Assembly: GCA_964447605.1 (NCBI GenBank)
Contig: CAYUTA010000007.1
Coordinates: forward strand, 1,284-65,283
Direction: 5' to 3'
Length of the DNA stretch: 64,000 nt
DNA from: an uncultured Oscillospiraceae bacterium
Lineage (GTDB): Bacteria > Bacillota > Clostridia > Christensenellales > CAG-138
In this document: positions 48,258 to 58,334 of the stretch, one piece after another
Position numbering within the stretch: the stretch's first letter is position 1
How the letters are laid out: each line of letters starts with the position of its first letter
Translations under genes and position numbers: made by a program
Notes under the pieces: model-generated
What the model saw: only the letters and a program-made list of their open reading frames with translations
Database searches by the model: none
What the model was told of the DNA's origin: nothing

Positions 48258-48761
48258 ATGGAACTCAACGTGGCGCAAGCCCAAAAAATGGCAGGCGAAT
48301 CCTTCTCGTTCGAGTGGGAGGAAGCGGTCGGCCCGTTTCGCTACAATGGCCGCACGCTTGCGCTATCCGCGCCCCTGCGGCTGCAAGGCACGTATACGTT
48401 TGACGGCAAGGGCTTTTTCGTGGAGGCGAAGGCGCAAACCGTGTTGCGGCAGCGGTGCGCGCGCTGTGGCGAGACGTTTGAACAACCTTACGCATTCCCG
48501 GTGAACGAACGGTTTTCCAAGGCATCCGAGCCCTCGAAGGACGACATGTATCCTCATATGGGCGACAGGCTGGAGCTGACACAGGCGGTGATGGATAACT
48601 TTTATCTGCATCTGCCGCTTGCCGGTGTCTGCAGGCCGGAATGCCGCGGGCTTTGCCCCGTATGCGGAGTAAACCGGAACCTGCATGCCTGCCAATGTCA
48701 ACCAAATCAGGCGTCCGGCCCGTTTGCGGCGCTGGCGGCGCTTACACACGAAGAAGAATAG
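48258..48761 (+). CDS. YceD/DUF177 family protein
   Basis: CARC...CRPECRGLCPVCGVNRN..C.C; upstream of rpmF. Confidence 0.92.
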   Translation: MELNVAQAQKMAGESFSFEWEEAVGPFRYNGRTLALSAPLRLQGTYTFDGKGFFVEAKAQTVLRQRCARCGETFEQPYAFPVNERFSKASEPSKDDMYPHMGDRLELTQAVMDNFYLHLPLAGVCRPECRGLCPVCGVNRNLHACQCQPNQASGPFAALAALTHEEE

Positions 48762-48773
48762 GAGGGAGTTATC

Positions 48774-48965
48774 ATGGCAGTACCCAAGAGAAAAACATCC
48801 AAGGCAAGACGGGATTCCCGCAGAGCCGGCAATGCGAACCTGACTGCGCCGAATCTGACCGAATGCCCGCAGTGCCACGCGCTTAAGCCGTCGCATGTCG
48901 TCTGCAAGACCTGCGGCACGTATGACGGTCGTCAGGTCATCGATATGGAAAAAGCCAACGCCTGA
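48774..48965 (+). CDS. rpmF: 50S ribosomal protein L32 (zinc-binding form)
   Basis: MAVPKRKTSKARRDSRRA...CPQC...HVVCKTCGTY. Confidence 0.98.
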   Translation: MAVPKRKTSKARRDSRRAGNANLTAPNLTECPQCHALKPSHVVCKTCGTYDGRQVIDMEKANA

Positions 48966-49245
48966 CGCCCTCTTTACTCCATACATACAAACCATTGTTC
49001 ATGCAAGAATGGGTTCGTCCAGCCATGATTCAAAGGAATCGGAGCAGGGCGGCCCTTTTTTTGCGCGCTACATCTCCGGCATGGAAGGGCGGGGATCCCC
49101 CCAGATCTATTTTATGGGTCGCCCGCATTGCGGACGTATACGGTCCGGCCGGGACGTCCGCCGCATATTGAATACTTGCGTTAGCGCCATGCGGCTTTTA
49201 TAATAACAATATGTGGATATGATTGGCAGACAGGGGGGACAAGCC

Positions 49246-50652
49246 ATGAAACAATGTAAACTATGCAGCAAAGCCCTTCCCGACAGGGCAAGGTTCTGCC
49301 CGTCCTGTGGAACGGAATGCACGGCGGCTACGCCGGATTCGTCTCCGCGGCGGCAGACCGGGCGCGTGGAAGCGGACACACGCGCCGTTTCCGGCGACCG
49401 CAAGAAGCGCCGCAAGGTCAGGCAGACACGGCTGATTGGATTCGTTTTGGCCGTTTTGGCGGTTATGGCGGGGGTGATTTTCGCGCTGTCTGAAGGATGC
49501 CGGAAGCCTGCTGTTCAGTCGTATCCGGCGGCGCCGGCTGAGACGCAGGACAAACCGGGTTATACATCGCAGTTCGCCGATTCGGACGCTTCTTCAACGA
49601 AGATCGAAGTGCCGGGGGTAACCGGTCTACCCCTTGCCGAAGCGCGGCTTCAGCTTGAACGGCTCGGGCTGGCGGTTGAGGCCACGGCGGCGGGCTACGA
49701 CCCAGCCTATGCCGACGGCATCGTGTTGTCCCAGTCCAAAGCGGCGGGCGAATGGGCGCTGTCGGGCGATCACGTTGCGCTGACGTATAATGCGCTCCCC
49801 CTGACCTGTAACGTTTTTGCATTTGGACCGCGTGAGGGGCGCATTACGCTGGGCAATCTGCTGGAGGTGTGCGGCACGCTCGGCACAACCAACCCGACGT
49901 TTGCTTTCAGCATCATAATCCATGCCGGTGCGGATTATGAACTGAAGGGCGGGTTCCGCTGCCTAACCGGCGCGAATGAAAAAATGCCGATTGCCCGCGT
50001 CAATACGCAGCTGGTGCGAGAAGGCAAGGCCATCCGGGGGCTTATCGCGGAAAATGCCTACGACGATTCCATCGGCTGGACCATTTCGCTGGATGACTGG
50101 ACAGGGTTTCACTTTGATAATGTGACCGGCTACGATGTGGTAATCAGCAGCCGCGAGGATGCGGCGCTGTCGATTGGCAGGAGCTATCAGCCTATGGACA
50201 CAAAATCCATGACGCTGCTAGACTGCGGCTTTGACGGCGGACGAATCCGTCTGGATGTCGCCACGCAAAAACAAATGATCATCCGCCTGACCGATGTGGA
50301 TTTAAGCACGGGCTATCCCAATTCCGCGGAGGTGGCGGGCGACAGAGCGCCTGTCTGGCAGGTCAAGCTGCCTGTCAATTCCTACCAATGGATTGCGGTA
50401 ACGATCGATGGAAGCGGCGGCGAACCCGTTGGCGAAATGAAAGCGACCGGTACGCAGTTTATTGAGACAAAGAGCACCGCCAAGAACGCCAGGCCAAGTT
50501 CCTTCGACGGGGTTTCTTATACAGTGGACGGGGATACGCTGGTCATCTCCGTAACGGTTCCCGACGGGCAAACTTATAACGTGTATGAGATCGCGTGGCT
50601 GGAACTCACAATGGGAGACGGCGCGTACACGTTCAAAACCCGTATTCGCTGA
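49246..50652 (+). CDS. Zinc-ribbon / single TM / PASTA-domain membrane protein
   Basis: CKLC..FCPSCG, basic stretch plus TM (LIGFVLAVLAVMAGVIFAL), PASTA 'VPGVTGLPLAEARLQLERLGL...GIVLSQS'; unknown C-terminal region. Confidence 0.82.
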   Translation: MKQCKLCSKALPDRARFCPSCGTECTAATPDSSPRRQTGRVEADTRAVSGDRKKRRKVRQTRLIGFVLAVLAVMAGVIFALSEGCRKPAVQSYPAAPAETQDKPGYTSQFADSDASSTKIEVPGVTGLPLAEARLQLERLGLAVEATAAGYDPAYADGIVLSQSKAAGEWALSGDHVALTYNALPLTCNVFAFGPREGRITLGNLLEVCGTLGTTNPTFAFSIIIHAGADYELKGGFRCLTGANEKMPIARVNTQLVREGKAIRGLIAENAYDDSIGWTISLDDWTGFHFDNVTGYDVVISSREDAALSIGRSYQPMDTKSMTLLDCGFDGGRIRLDVATQKQMIIRLTDVDLSTGYPNSAEVAGDRAPVWQVKLPVNSYQWIAVTIDGSGGEPVGEMKATGTQFIETKSTAKNARPSSFDGVSYTVDGDTLVISVTVPDGQTYNVYEIAWLELTMGDGAYTFKTRIR

Positions 50653-51225
50653 CCGTACGGCGCGCAAACAGAAGCGGCCGGGCATTCTTGCCCGCCCGGC
50701 CGTCTTTCAAAAAAGCTAAGGCAGGGTTCGGAGGGCCGCGGCCTTCGGGAGGTTCGTTCCGGCCCCGCCGGATTTTTCTGCGGAACGGACCGCCCGGTTC
50801 GGGCGGGTTCCCTGTGCTTCTTCTTCCATTAAAAAACAGTGCCTTTCGGCGGGTTTACTGCAGTGCGCCCCGCGCGCATACGCGCTCCCGGGCGGCAAAC
50901 GGCCAAAGGCGCGGGCGAACTGCCGCGCATGTGTTGTCCTTGCCCACAAATAAAACCCGTCTCCCGGGCCGCTGACAGCAGGTCCGGGAGATGGTCGGCC
51001 TTGTGCGTGTAAGGCGACATACGTTCCGCCGTTTTTAACGGATGCCATGGCCTTTTGTGCATAGTTTCGTTTGGAATGCCAAACGCGTCGGCCCTTTATG
51101 CATAGCTTCGGCTTTGCCGGCGAAACCTGCGCAGCGGTATGTCCTGAAAAAGACGGCCTTGCACGGCTTACCGCATATAACACCGCAGGCCGGAGCGAGG
51201 CGCTCCTGCCTTAAACGACCGGCCG

Positions 51226-51786
51226 TTACTGCTCCATTTGCTTGCCAAGGAAGCATGCGACCGTTTCACAGGCCTTGACTGCCGCAGGATCCACGCCCAC
51301 GTCCGGCTTCTGGGAAAACAGGCTGACCGCGCCGATGGCGTCGCCCTGCGAGAGGATGGGGATAACCACGCGCGCCGAACAAACGAACGCGGCGTCGGGT
51401 TCGTTGAGCAGAGGATATCGTTCTTCGCCGGGGTCAAGCGATACGATGCGGCCCCGCTGCGCAATGGTGCGCTCGATCTCGTCTGAGATGCCTTTTCCGG
51501 AAATGTCGCGCTTTCCAAAGCCTGCTCCCGCGACGTAAGTGTCCTTGTCGCAGATGGCCGTAGGCAGAGAAAACGCCTGATTCAACGACTGCGCAAGCTC
51601 CAGCGCGTTTTCCGAAAGCTCGCCGATAGGCGAGTATTTCTTTAATATGATGCCACCGTCCTTGTCGGTAAAGATTTCGAGCGGGTCGCTTTCCCGGATA
51701 CGTAATGTCCTGCGAATTTCCTTTGGGATGACTACGCGCCCAAGTTCATCGATGCGGCGCACAATACCAGTTGCCTTCAAGTCCAT
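51226..51786 (-). CDS. spoVT: Stage V sporulation protein T
   Basis: KATGIVRRIDELGRVVIPKEIRRTLRIRE.DPLEIF plus GAF domain ending FLGKQME. Confidence 0.96.
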   Translation of the reverse strand: MDLKATGIVRRIDELGRVVIPKEIRRTLRIRESDPLEIFTDKDGGIILKKYSPIGELSENALELAQSLNQAFSLPTAICDKDTYVAGAGFGKRDISGKGISDEIERTIAQRGRIVSLDPGEERYPLLNEPDAAFVCSARVVIPILSQGDAIGAVSLFSQKPDVGVDPAAVKACETVACFLGKQMEQ

Positions 51787-51819
51787 TCCTCCTATGCCAT
51801 GATCTGGCTTACATGGAAA

Positions 51820-51848
51820 TAGTGTTTGCGGCCACGGGGCAATTATGC
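51820..51848 (-). promoter_or_regulatory. sigmaG-type promoter of spoVT
   Basis: Minus strand GCATA-N17-AACACTA. Confidence 0.65.
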
Positions 51849-52018
51849 AGCAAAACGCTTAGCGATAATTTCCATTTGACAATTTAAGCGCCGGCAGCAA
51901 GGCGCGGCGGGCGGGAATCATGCCACGGAAAAATGCCCCCGCAAAGCCGCATGCAGCCGCGGAGGCACAGGTTGATAAAGGACGGCTGGAGCCAAATGCA
52001 TCCGGCTCCCGGCGGTTG

Positions 52019-53833
52019 CTACGCGTTCAGAATCTTCATGAACTCCTCTCCCGTGACGGTCTCCTTTTCATAAAGATGCCGCGAAAGCTCGTCGAGCTTT
52101 GCACGGTTTTCGAGCAGGATGCTCCTTGCCTTTGCATGCTGTTTTTTGACCAGCGCCACAACCTCCCGGTCGATCTGCGCCTGCATTTCCGCAGAGCAGA
52201 CAAGCGATGCGTCGCCGCCGAGGTACTGGTTGGTCACGGCCTCCATCGCCACCATGCCGAACCCCTCGCTCATGCCATAGCGCGTAATCATGGCGCGGGC
52301 AAGCTTTGTCGCCTGCTCGATGTCGTTGCTTGCGCCGGTGGTGACGGAACCGAACGCAACCTCCTCGGCCGCGCGGCCGCCGGTAAAGGTCGCGATCTTA
52401 TTTTCAATCTCCTCCTTGCTCATCAGGTAATGGTTGCCCTCGTCCACCTGCATGGTATAGCCCAATGCGCCGGAGGTTCGCGGCACGATGGTGATCTTCT
52501 GCACCGGCGCGGAGTTGGTCTGCCTGGCCGCAACCAGCGCATGGCCGATCTCATGGTATGCGACGATCCGCTTTTCCTTATCGGTAAGAATGGCGTTTTT
52601 CTTTTGATAGCCTGCAATCACGATCTCGATGCTTTCCTCCAAATCCGCCTGCGTTGCGAAGGCGCGCCCGTCGCGCACCGCGCGAAGCGCCGACTCGTTG
52701 ATGATATTGGCCAGTTCCGCGCCGGAAGCGCCGGAGGCCATGCGCGCGATCCTGGAGAAATCCACTCCGCCGTCCAGCTTGATTTTTTTGGCGTGTACCC
52801 TCAATATTTCCTCCCGGCCCTTGAGGTCGGGGAGCTCCACGGGCACGCGGCGGTCAAAGCGACCGGGGCGCAGCAGCGCGGGATCAAGCGATTCGGGCCG
52901 GTTGGTGGCGGCCAGAATGATTACGCCGTTGTTGCCCTCAAAGCCGTCCATTTCGGTCAGAAGCTGATTAAGCGTCTGCTCCCGTTCGTCATTGCCGCCC
53001 AGCTGACCGTCGCGCTTTTTACCGATGGCGTCGATCTCATCGATGAACACGATACACGGCGCTTTCTCCTTTGCCTGGCTGAACAGGTCTCGCACCTTGG
53101 AAGCGCCCATGCCCACGAACATCTCGACGAACTCAGACCCGGAGATGGAGAAAAACGGTACGCTGGATTCGCCCGCAACCGCTTTGGCCAGCATGGTTTT
53201 GCCCGTGCCCGGGGGGCCGACAAGCAGAATGCCCTTTGGCATGGAGGCGCCGATCTCCTTATACTTGTCCGGGTTATGCAGGTAGTCCACGATCTCGGCA
53301 AGACTTTCCTTTGCCTCGTCCTCGCCGGCAACGTCGGAGAACATGATCCCCTCGGAGGAACGCACATAAACCTTTGCGTTGCTTTTTCCCATGCCGAACA
53401 TCATGGCGTTCTTGCCGCCCGCCGAGTTTTGCATCATTTTTTTAAAAAAATACTGGCCAAGAGCCACAAAGATGATCAGCGGCAGAACAAAAGTTAAAAA
53501 CGCGCTTAGCAGCGGCGAGGTTTCTTTGACAATCTCGCTGGAAAACTTTGCGCCTGATGCATGGAGCCGCTCTACCAGACCCGGATCATCCATCACGCCG
53601 GTTTTAAAAATTTTCGAATCGTCCCGGTTGGTAAAAACGACCTGATTGATCTGGATATCGACCTGACCGATCTCCTTGTTGTCCGTCATGGTCATAAAGG
53701 TCCCGTAATCCACCTCCGTCACCTGCGCCTCCTTAATCGCAGGCATGACCAGAACGTTGAACAGGAACAGCACCAGCAAAACGATGCCGTAATAATAGAT
53801 CAATGGCTTCCTGGGGTGCTCGACTTCATTCAT
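52019..53833 (-). CDS. ftsH: ATP-dependent zinc metalloprotease FtsH
   Basis: Two TMs, [27 protein letters not shown] and HEIGH. Confidence 0.96.
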   Translation of the reverse strand: MNEVEHPRKPLIYYYGIVLLVLFLFNVLVMPAIKEAQVTEVDYGTFMTMTDNKEIGQVDIQINQVVFTNRDDSKIFKTGVMDDPGLVERLHASGAKFSSEIVKETSPLLSAFLTFVLPLIIFVALGQYFFKKMMQNSAGGKNAMMFGMGKSNAKVYVRSSEGIMFSDVAGEDEAKESLAEIVDYLHNPDKYKEIGASMPKGILLVGPPGTGKTMLAKAVAGESSVPFFSISGSEFVEMFVGMGASKVRDLFSQAKEKAPCIVFIDEIDAIGKKRDGQLGGNDEREQTLNQLLTEMDGFEGNNGVIILAATNRPESLDPALLRPGRFDRRVPVELPDLKGREEILRVHAKKIKLDGGVDFSRIARMASGASGAELANIINESALRAVRDGRAFATQADLEESIEIVIAGYQKKNAILTDKEKRIVAYHEIGHALVAARQTNSAPVQKITIVPRTSGALGYTMQVDEGNHYLMSKEEIENKIATFTGGRAAEEVAFGSVTTGASNDIEQATKLARAMITRYGMSEGFGMVAMEAVTNQYLGGDASLVCSAEMQAQIDREVVALVKKQHAKARSILLENRAKLDELSRHLYEKETVTGEEFMKILNA

Positions 53834-54085
53834 AAACGTTGCTCCTTTGTTTGGCTGGCCGCACCGGACGTCCATGCGGATACGGCAAAAATCATTATGT
53901 TTGAGTATACATGATTCATGCGGCGTTGTCACGGGACCGACGCGGCGGCGGGCTCATAACTAGGAGGCTGTGGGCCCGCGTGCCGCATCCTGACCGTGAC
54001 GGCGGCTTCCGCATAAATTGTTCCACAAATACGGTTACGGAATCCATACCCAAAGCATCCGCCGGCGCGCGCTTTGTCGCTGCAA

Positions 54086-54114
54086 TCATGTTTTCCAGTC
54101 CCGCCGCATACGCT
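54086..54114 (+). promoter_or_regulatory. sigmaE-type promoter of spoIIID
   Basis: TCATGTT-N14-CATACGCT. Confidence 0.7.
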
Positions 54115-54146
54115 TTACAAACGCTAATTTGGGGGGACAAAGCAAG

Positions 54147-54422
54147 TTGCGCGACTATATTGAAGAACGGATTTTAGAGACCGCACAGTATATCATCGAG
54201 CATGGCGCAACGGTCCGCGACGCGGCAAACGTATTTTCCATCAGCAAATCGACCGTGCATAAGGACATGGCCGAGCGGCTGCGCACCATCAATCCAACGC
54301 TTGCGGCCGACGTACGCAAGGTGCTGGATTTCAACAAGGCCGAACGGCATATCCGCGGAGGCCGGGCGACTCACCTGAAATATAAGGGAGAATACGAACC
54401 CGCACGGACGGCGGAGCACTGA
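54147..54422 (+). CDS. spoIIID: Sporulation transcription regulator SpoIIID
   Basis: DYIEER...ATVRDAA..FSISKSTVHKD..ERL...NKAERHIRGG.AT..KY; TTG start. Confidence 0.96.
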   Translation: MRDYIEERILETAQYIIEHGATVRDAANVFSISKSTVHKDMAERLRTINPTLAADVRKVLDFNKAERHIRGGRATHLKYKGEYEPARTAEH

Positions 54423-54464
54423 AGCGCAGGACACGTACGCAAACCGTTTTGCCGCGCAGGACGT

Positions 54465-55139
54465 TTACCGCGCGGCTATTCCCTGTGTGTAAGCGGCTCC
54501 ATCCAGACCCGCAAGGCAGGCGCAGGCCGCATAAACGCGCTTTGCACCCGCGTGGCGCAATGCCGCGGCGCAGTTTTGCAGCGTATTGTGCGTGGTCGTT
54601 ACGTCGTCGATCAGCAAAACGGACAGGCCGGCTACGCGCGCGTTTGCAGAAAAAGCGCCGGTTAGATTGACCGCGCGCCGGGCCGCGTCCAGCCGCGCCT
54701 GCGGCGCGGTATAGCGCGTTCGGCGGAGCAGGTCGCTGCGGATGGGAATGGGATAGCGGGCTTGAAGCGCACTGGCAAGCCGTTCGCTCTGGTTGAACGT
54801 GCGCAGCCAACGGCGCAGCGGGTGGAGCGGAACGGGCGTCAGGCAATCGATCCGCCAACCGGCCGGCAACTCGATAAAGCCCGCAAAAAACGGCGCGAGC
54901 CAAACCTGCCGCTGATACTTAAAGCGGTGCACCGCCGCTTCCGTGGCCTCGTTATAGATCAAACCCGCCGTAAGGCCGTCCAAGCCGTCCGGCGCGTTCA
55001 ACGTACGCGGGCAACGCACAATCGCCGCGCGGCAGGCGCAGCACATTCCGTCGTTGCCGACGACCGCCTCCTGATTGCACAGCGCGCAAACAACGCCGTC
55101 CGGAAACAGCGCGTCGACAAAGAGGTTTTGCTTTTGCAC
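54465..55139 (-). CDS. comF: ComF family phosphoribosyltransferase-like protein
   Basis: LFP..CALC..C..C, PVPLH..R...R.FNQSE and LLIDDVTTT; GTG start with AGGAGG RBS. Confidence 0.9.
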   Translation of the reverse strand: MQKQNLFVDALFPDGVVCALCNQEAVVGNDGMCCACRAAIVRCPRTLNAPDGLDGLTAGLIYNEATEAAVHRFKYQRQVWLAPFFAGFIELPAGWRIDCLTPVPLHPLRRWLRTFNQSERLASALQARYPIPIRSDLLRRTRYTAPQARLDAARRAVNLTGAFSANARVAGLSVLLIDDVTTTHNTLQNCAAALRHAGAKRVYAACACLAGLDGAAYTQGIAAR

Positions 55140-55200
55140 AGAACGCCCCTCCTGACGAAATTCAGCTTCGGGCAGCGCGTATAAGCTCCGGCGCCCCTGC

Positions 55201-57402
55201 CTAGTCCCGCAACGCCTTCCATTCTGCAAGCCGCACCTTCAGCGCGGTGTAGCGGCGGTTGGTGCGGTTATTCAGGATCATGCTCATCAGCGCTTCGCGC
55301 CGACCGATGCAAACCACCTGCCGCTTGGCGCGCGTCACGGCGGTATAGAGCAGATTCCTGGTGAGCATGGGGGAAGCGCCGCCAAACATCGGCAAAATTA
55401 CAATGGGGAACTCGCTGCCCTGGCTTTTATGGATGGAGATGCAGTAGGCCAAATCCAGTTCGTCAAGCTGCGCAAATTCAAAGGCGGCCAAACGGTTGTC
55501 GTCAAAGAGCACCAGCATGCGCCGGTTCGGCAAATCGATTTGGAACACCGTGCCAAGGTCGCCGTTGAACGCGCCCGTGCCCTCTTCGGCGGTCGCTCCG
55601 GCGGCGGGCTTTGACCAGGCGATCTTGTAGTTGTTTTTGATCTGCATCACGCGGTCGCCCTCCCGGAAGACCGTTTCGCCGCTGATGTGTTCCCGCTTTC
55701 CGGCGGCGGGCGGGTTAAGCGCTGCCTGCAGGCGTGTATTGAGGTTCAAAACGCCTAAAACGCCCTTTTTCATGGGCGCAAGCACCTGTACGTCCAAAAG
55801 CGGCTCGCTCGTCGGCAGCATGAGGCCGGGATTCGCGCAAAGCGAAAGAATGCGCCGCAGAATCTGCTCCTGACCCATCAACTCCTCAAAGCGGAAATCC
55901 GATTCCGGCAGCTCGAGATACGGCGCAACCCCTTCGTTGATGCGGTGCGCGTTGGTGACGATCATGCTGCGCTGCGCCTGTCGGAAAATCTCGGTCAGAC
56001 GCACGACCGGGATGACGTCGCTTTCGAGAATGTCGCGCAGCACTTCGCCCGCGCCAACGGGCGGAAGCTGATCCGCATCGCCAACCATGATGAGGCGCGT
56101 GCCGTCCGAAACGGCGCGCAGCAGCGCAGCCATGAGCATTACGTCCACCATGGACATCTCGTCCACGATAATCATGTCAAAAAACAGGGGATTCTCCTGA
56201 TTTCGTAAAAAACCTTCGCCGGGAATATATTCAAGCAGGCGGTGCAGCGTCCTTGCTTCGTGGCCGGTAGCCTCGCTCATGCGCTTTGCGGCGCGCCCGG
56301 TCGGCGCGGTCAGCGCAACCTCAAGCCCCATGTCCTGCATGACCGAGGTGATATATCGGATGATGGTGGTCTTGCCTGTGCCGGGGCCTCCGGTAATGAC
56401 CAGGGTACCCTCGCGCAACGCGGCCTGCACGGCCGAATGCTGCTGCTCGGAAAGCTGCAGGTCGCGGTTTGCCGCCTTGCCTGCGTATTCTAAAAACGGA
56501 TTGTCAGCAGGCCGTTGGCAGAGGCGGACGAGCCGTTCGGCAATGCTGTTTTCCAGCCGGTTCATGCGCGGCAAAAACACGCCGTCCAGTTCGCCCACCA
56601 TCTGATACACGAGTTCGTTGGCGCCGATCAGATGATCAATCTCGTCGCCAACGCGTTCCTCCGGTACGCCGAGCAGGCCCGCGGCATAGGCGGCCAGGCG
56701 CGCACGCGGCAGGAAGGTATGGCCGTATTCGTTGCCGGCGGAGCCGAGCGCATACAGGATGCCCGCACGCAGCCGGGAGGCGGAGCTAGTCTCGAAGCCG
56801 GACACATTCTGCGCAATCTTGTCGGCGGTTACAAAGCCGATTCCGTCGACGTCGTTGATGATCTGATAGGGATTTTCCTCGATGCGCGCCATGCAGAGCT
56901 CGCCATAGATCCGGTAAAGCCGGTACGCCTGGTTGACCGTGACGCCATATGGCTCGAGCGCAAGCAGAATATCCCGCATCATGCGGTTTTCGCGGTAGGA
57001 ATCCACGATCATCCCCAGCCGCTTTTTGCCGATGCCGGGGATATCGATGAGTTGCTCGGGCGTTTCATCGAACACGGCGAGCGTGTCCATGCCAAACCGC
57101 TGCACAATTGCGCGCGCGGTAGCCGGGCCGATTCCCTTGATGAGCCCGCTGCCAAGATAGCTTTCTACAGCGGAAAGCGTGGCCGGGGCAAGGGTGCGGC
57201 AGGACTCAACCTTAAACTGGCGCCCGTATTTCGGATGCGCGGCATAGTTGCCGGTCAGCTCCACGCGCTCGCCCGCATTGGCCAGCGGCAACACGCCGAC
57301 AGAGGTGATCTGCTCGCCCTCGTCAGGCGCCAGTTCAAACACCGTCCATCCGTTTTCGGCGTTGCGGAAGATGATGTTTTGAATGGTTCCAATCAGTTCC
57401 AT
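55201..57402 (-). CDS. recD2: RecD2-like ATP-dependent DNA helicase
   Basis: HhH region (IKGIGP), GGPGTGKT, APTGRAAKR, VDEMSMVD, GDADQLPPVG and HKSQGSEF. Confidence 0.95.
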   Translation of the reverse strand: MELIGTIQNIIFRNAENGWTVFELAPDEGEQITSVGVLPLANAGERVELTGNYAAHPKYGRQFKVESCRTLAPATLSAVESYLGSGLIKGIGPATARAIVQRFGMDTLAVFDETPEQLIDIPGIGKKRLGMIVDSYRENRMMRDILLALEPYGVTVNQAYRLYRIYGELCMARIEENPYQIINDVDGIGFVTADKIAQNVSGFETSSASRLRAGILYALGSAGNEYGHTFLPRARLAAYAAGLLGVPEERVGDEIDHLIGANELVYQMVGELDGVFLPRMNRLENSIAERLVRLCQRPADNPFLEYAGKAANRDLQLSEQQHSAVQAALREGTLVITGGPGTGKTTIIRYITSVMQDMGLEVALTAPTGRAAKRMSEATGHEARTLHRLLEYIPGEGFLRNQENPLFFDMIIVDEMSMVDVMLMAALLRAVSDGTRLIMVGDADQLPPVGAGEVLRDILESDVIPVVRLTEIFRQAQRSMIVTNAHRINEGVAPYLELPESDFRFEELMGQEQILRRILSLCANPGLMLPTSEPLLDVQVLAPMKKGVLGVLNLNTRLQAALNPPAAGKREHISGETVFREGDRVMQIKNNYKIAWSKPAAGATAEEGTGAFNGDLGTVFQIDLPNRRMLVLFDDNRLAAFEFAQLDELDLAYCISIHKSQGSEFPIVILPMFGGASPMLTRNLLYTAVTRAKRQVVCIGRREALMSMILNNRTNRRYTALKVRLAEWKALRD

Positions 57403-57482
57403 AGCGTCCTTTACAGCCGTTTTCAGGCTTTCATTCAGGCGATCCCTCCGGCCTTATCACCGACATGCGGATGTGGCGGCGG

Positions 57483-58334
57483 TTACAGCAATTGCAGCAG
57501 CGTACCTGCCAGCACGGCGGCCAGATAGACCGTGCCAAGCACGCGGGCATAGGTTTTCCAGCCGCGCCTGCCCCGCAGCAGCACCAATAAGCCTACGCCG
57601 CTTGCCGTACAAAGACCGGCGACCGCGCTGCCAAACGTAATCATACCGTCAAGATAAAGCTGCGTCATCAGCACCGAGGCGGCACAGTTGGGAATGAAGC
57701 CAATCACTGCGGAAAGCATCGGCTGGAACGGGCCGGGCAGCATCAGCGCGGCCAGTCGCTCTTGGCCAATGAGCGCGATCAGAACGTTGAGCGCAAACGT
57801 GACAAAAAACACAAACAGCAGAATCGACAGCGTACGCTGGAATGCGGCCCAAAGGATTTCACAAAACGTCGCGTTATGCTCGCATTCGCAAACATGCGGC
57901 TGTTCGGCCCTGGCGTATGCCTCGTTTTGCCGCTTAACCGGCCAAATGAGGTCGAGAAGAACACCCGCAAGGACAGCCACGGCCAACTTGGCCAGGATCA
58001 GCCGCCAAACCGCCGGCAAACCGCCGGGGTTGCTGAGGAGGACGGGCAGCGCTTCGTCCGAGGTGGACAGAAACACCGCTGCAAGCGTGCCTGCGCTGAG
58101 CAGCCCGCCGTTGAACAAATGCGCGCTGGCAGCCGAAAAGCCGCACTGCGGTACCAGGCCGAGCAGCGCGCCTACAGGCGCGCCGAACCTCCCGGCCTTT
58201 TGCAGTGCGGAGGTAAATCTCTCTGCGGCGCGGTGCTCGAGCCATTCCATCAGGAGGATGGTCAGCAGCAGAAACGGCGCAAGCTTGAGCGTATCGAGCA
58301 GTGCGTCCAGGAGAAGTTCAAGAAAGTCCATCAA
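57483..58334 (-). CDS. Putative metal (manganese) transporter family membrane protein
   Basis: Duplicated LG.VPQCG / IGFIPNCA motifs, STSDEA and a His/Cys-containing loop. Confidence 0.8.
   Translation of the reverse strand: MMDFLELLLDALLDTLKLAPFLLLTILLMEWLEHRAAERFTSALQKAGRFGAPVGALLGLVPQCGFSAASAHLFNGGLLSAGTLAAVFLSTSDEALPVLLSNPGGLPAVWRLILAKLAVAVLAGVLLDLIWPVKRQNEAYARAEQPHVCECEHNATFCEILWAAFQRTLSILLFVFFVTFALNVLIALIGQERLAALMLPGPFQPMLSAVIGFIPNCAASVLMTQLYLDGMITFGSAVAGLCTASGVGLLVLLRGRRGWKTYARVLGTVYLAAVLAGTLLQLL

Noticed and set aside
50997-51175. GCAAGGCC / GTGCAAG words on the minus strand reminiscent of twister-sister ribozyme or c-di-GMP-I riboswitch
   Set aside because: The remaining conserved elements and stem order are not present; kept only as an unexplained repeat.
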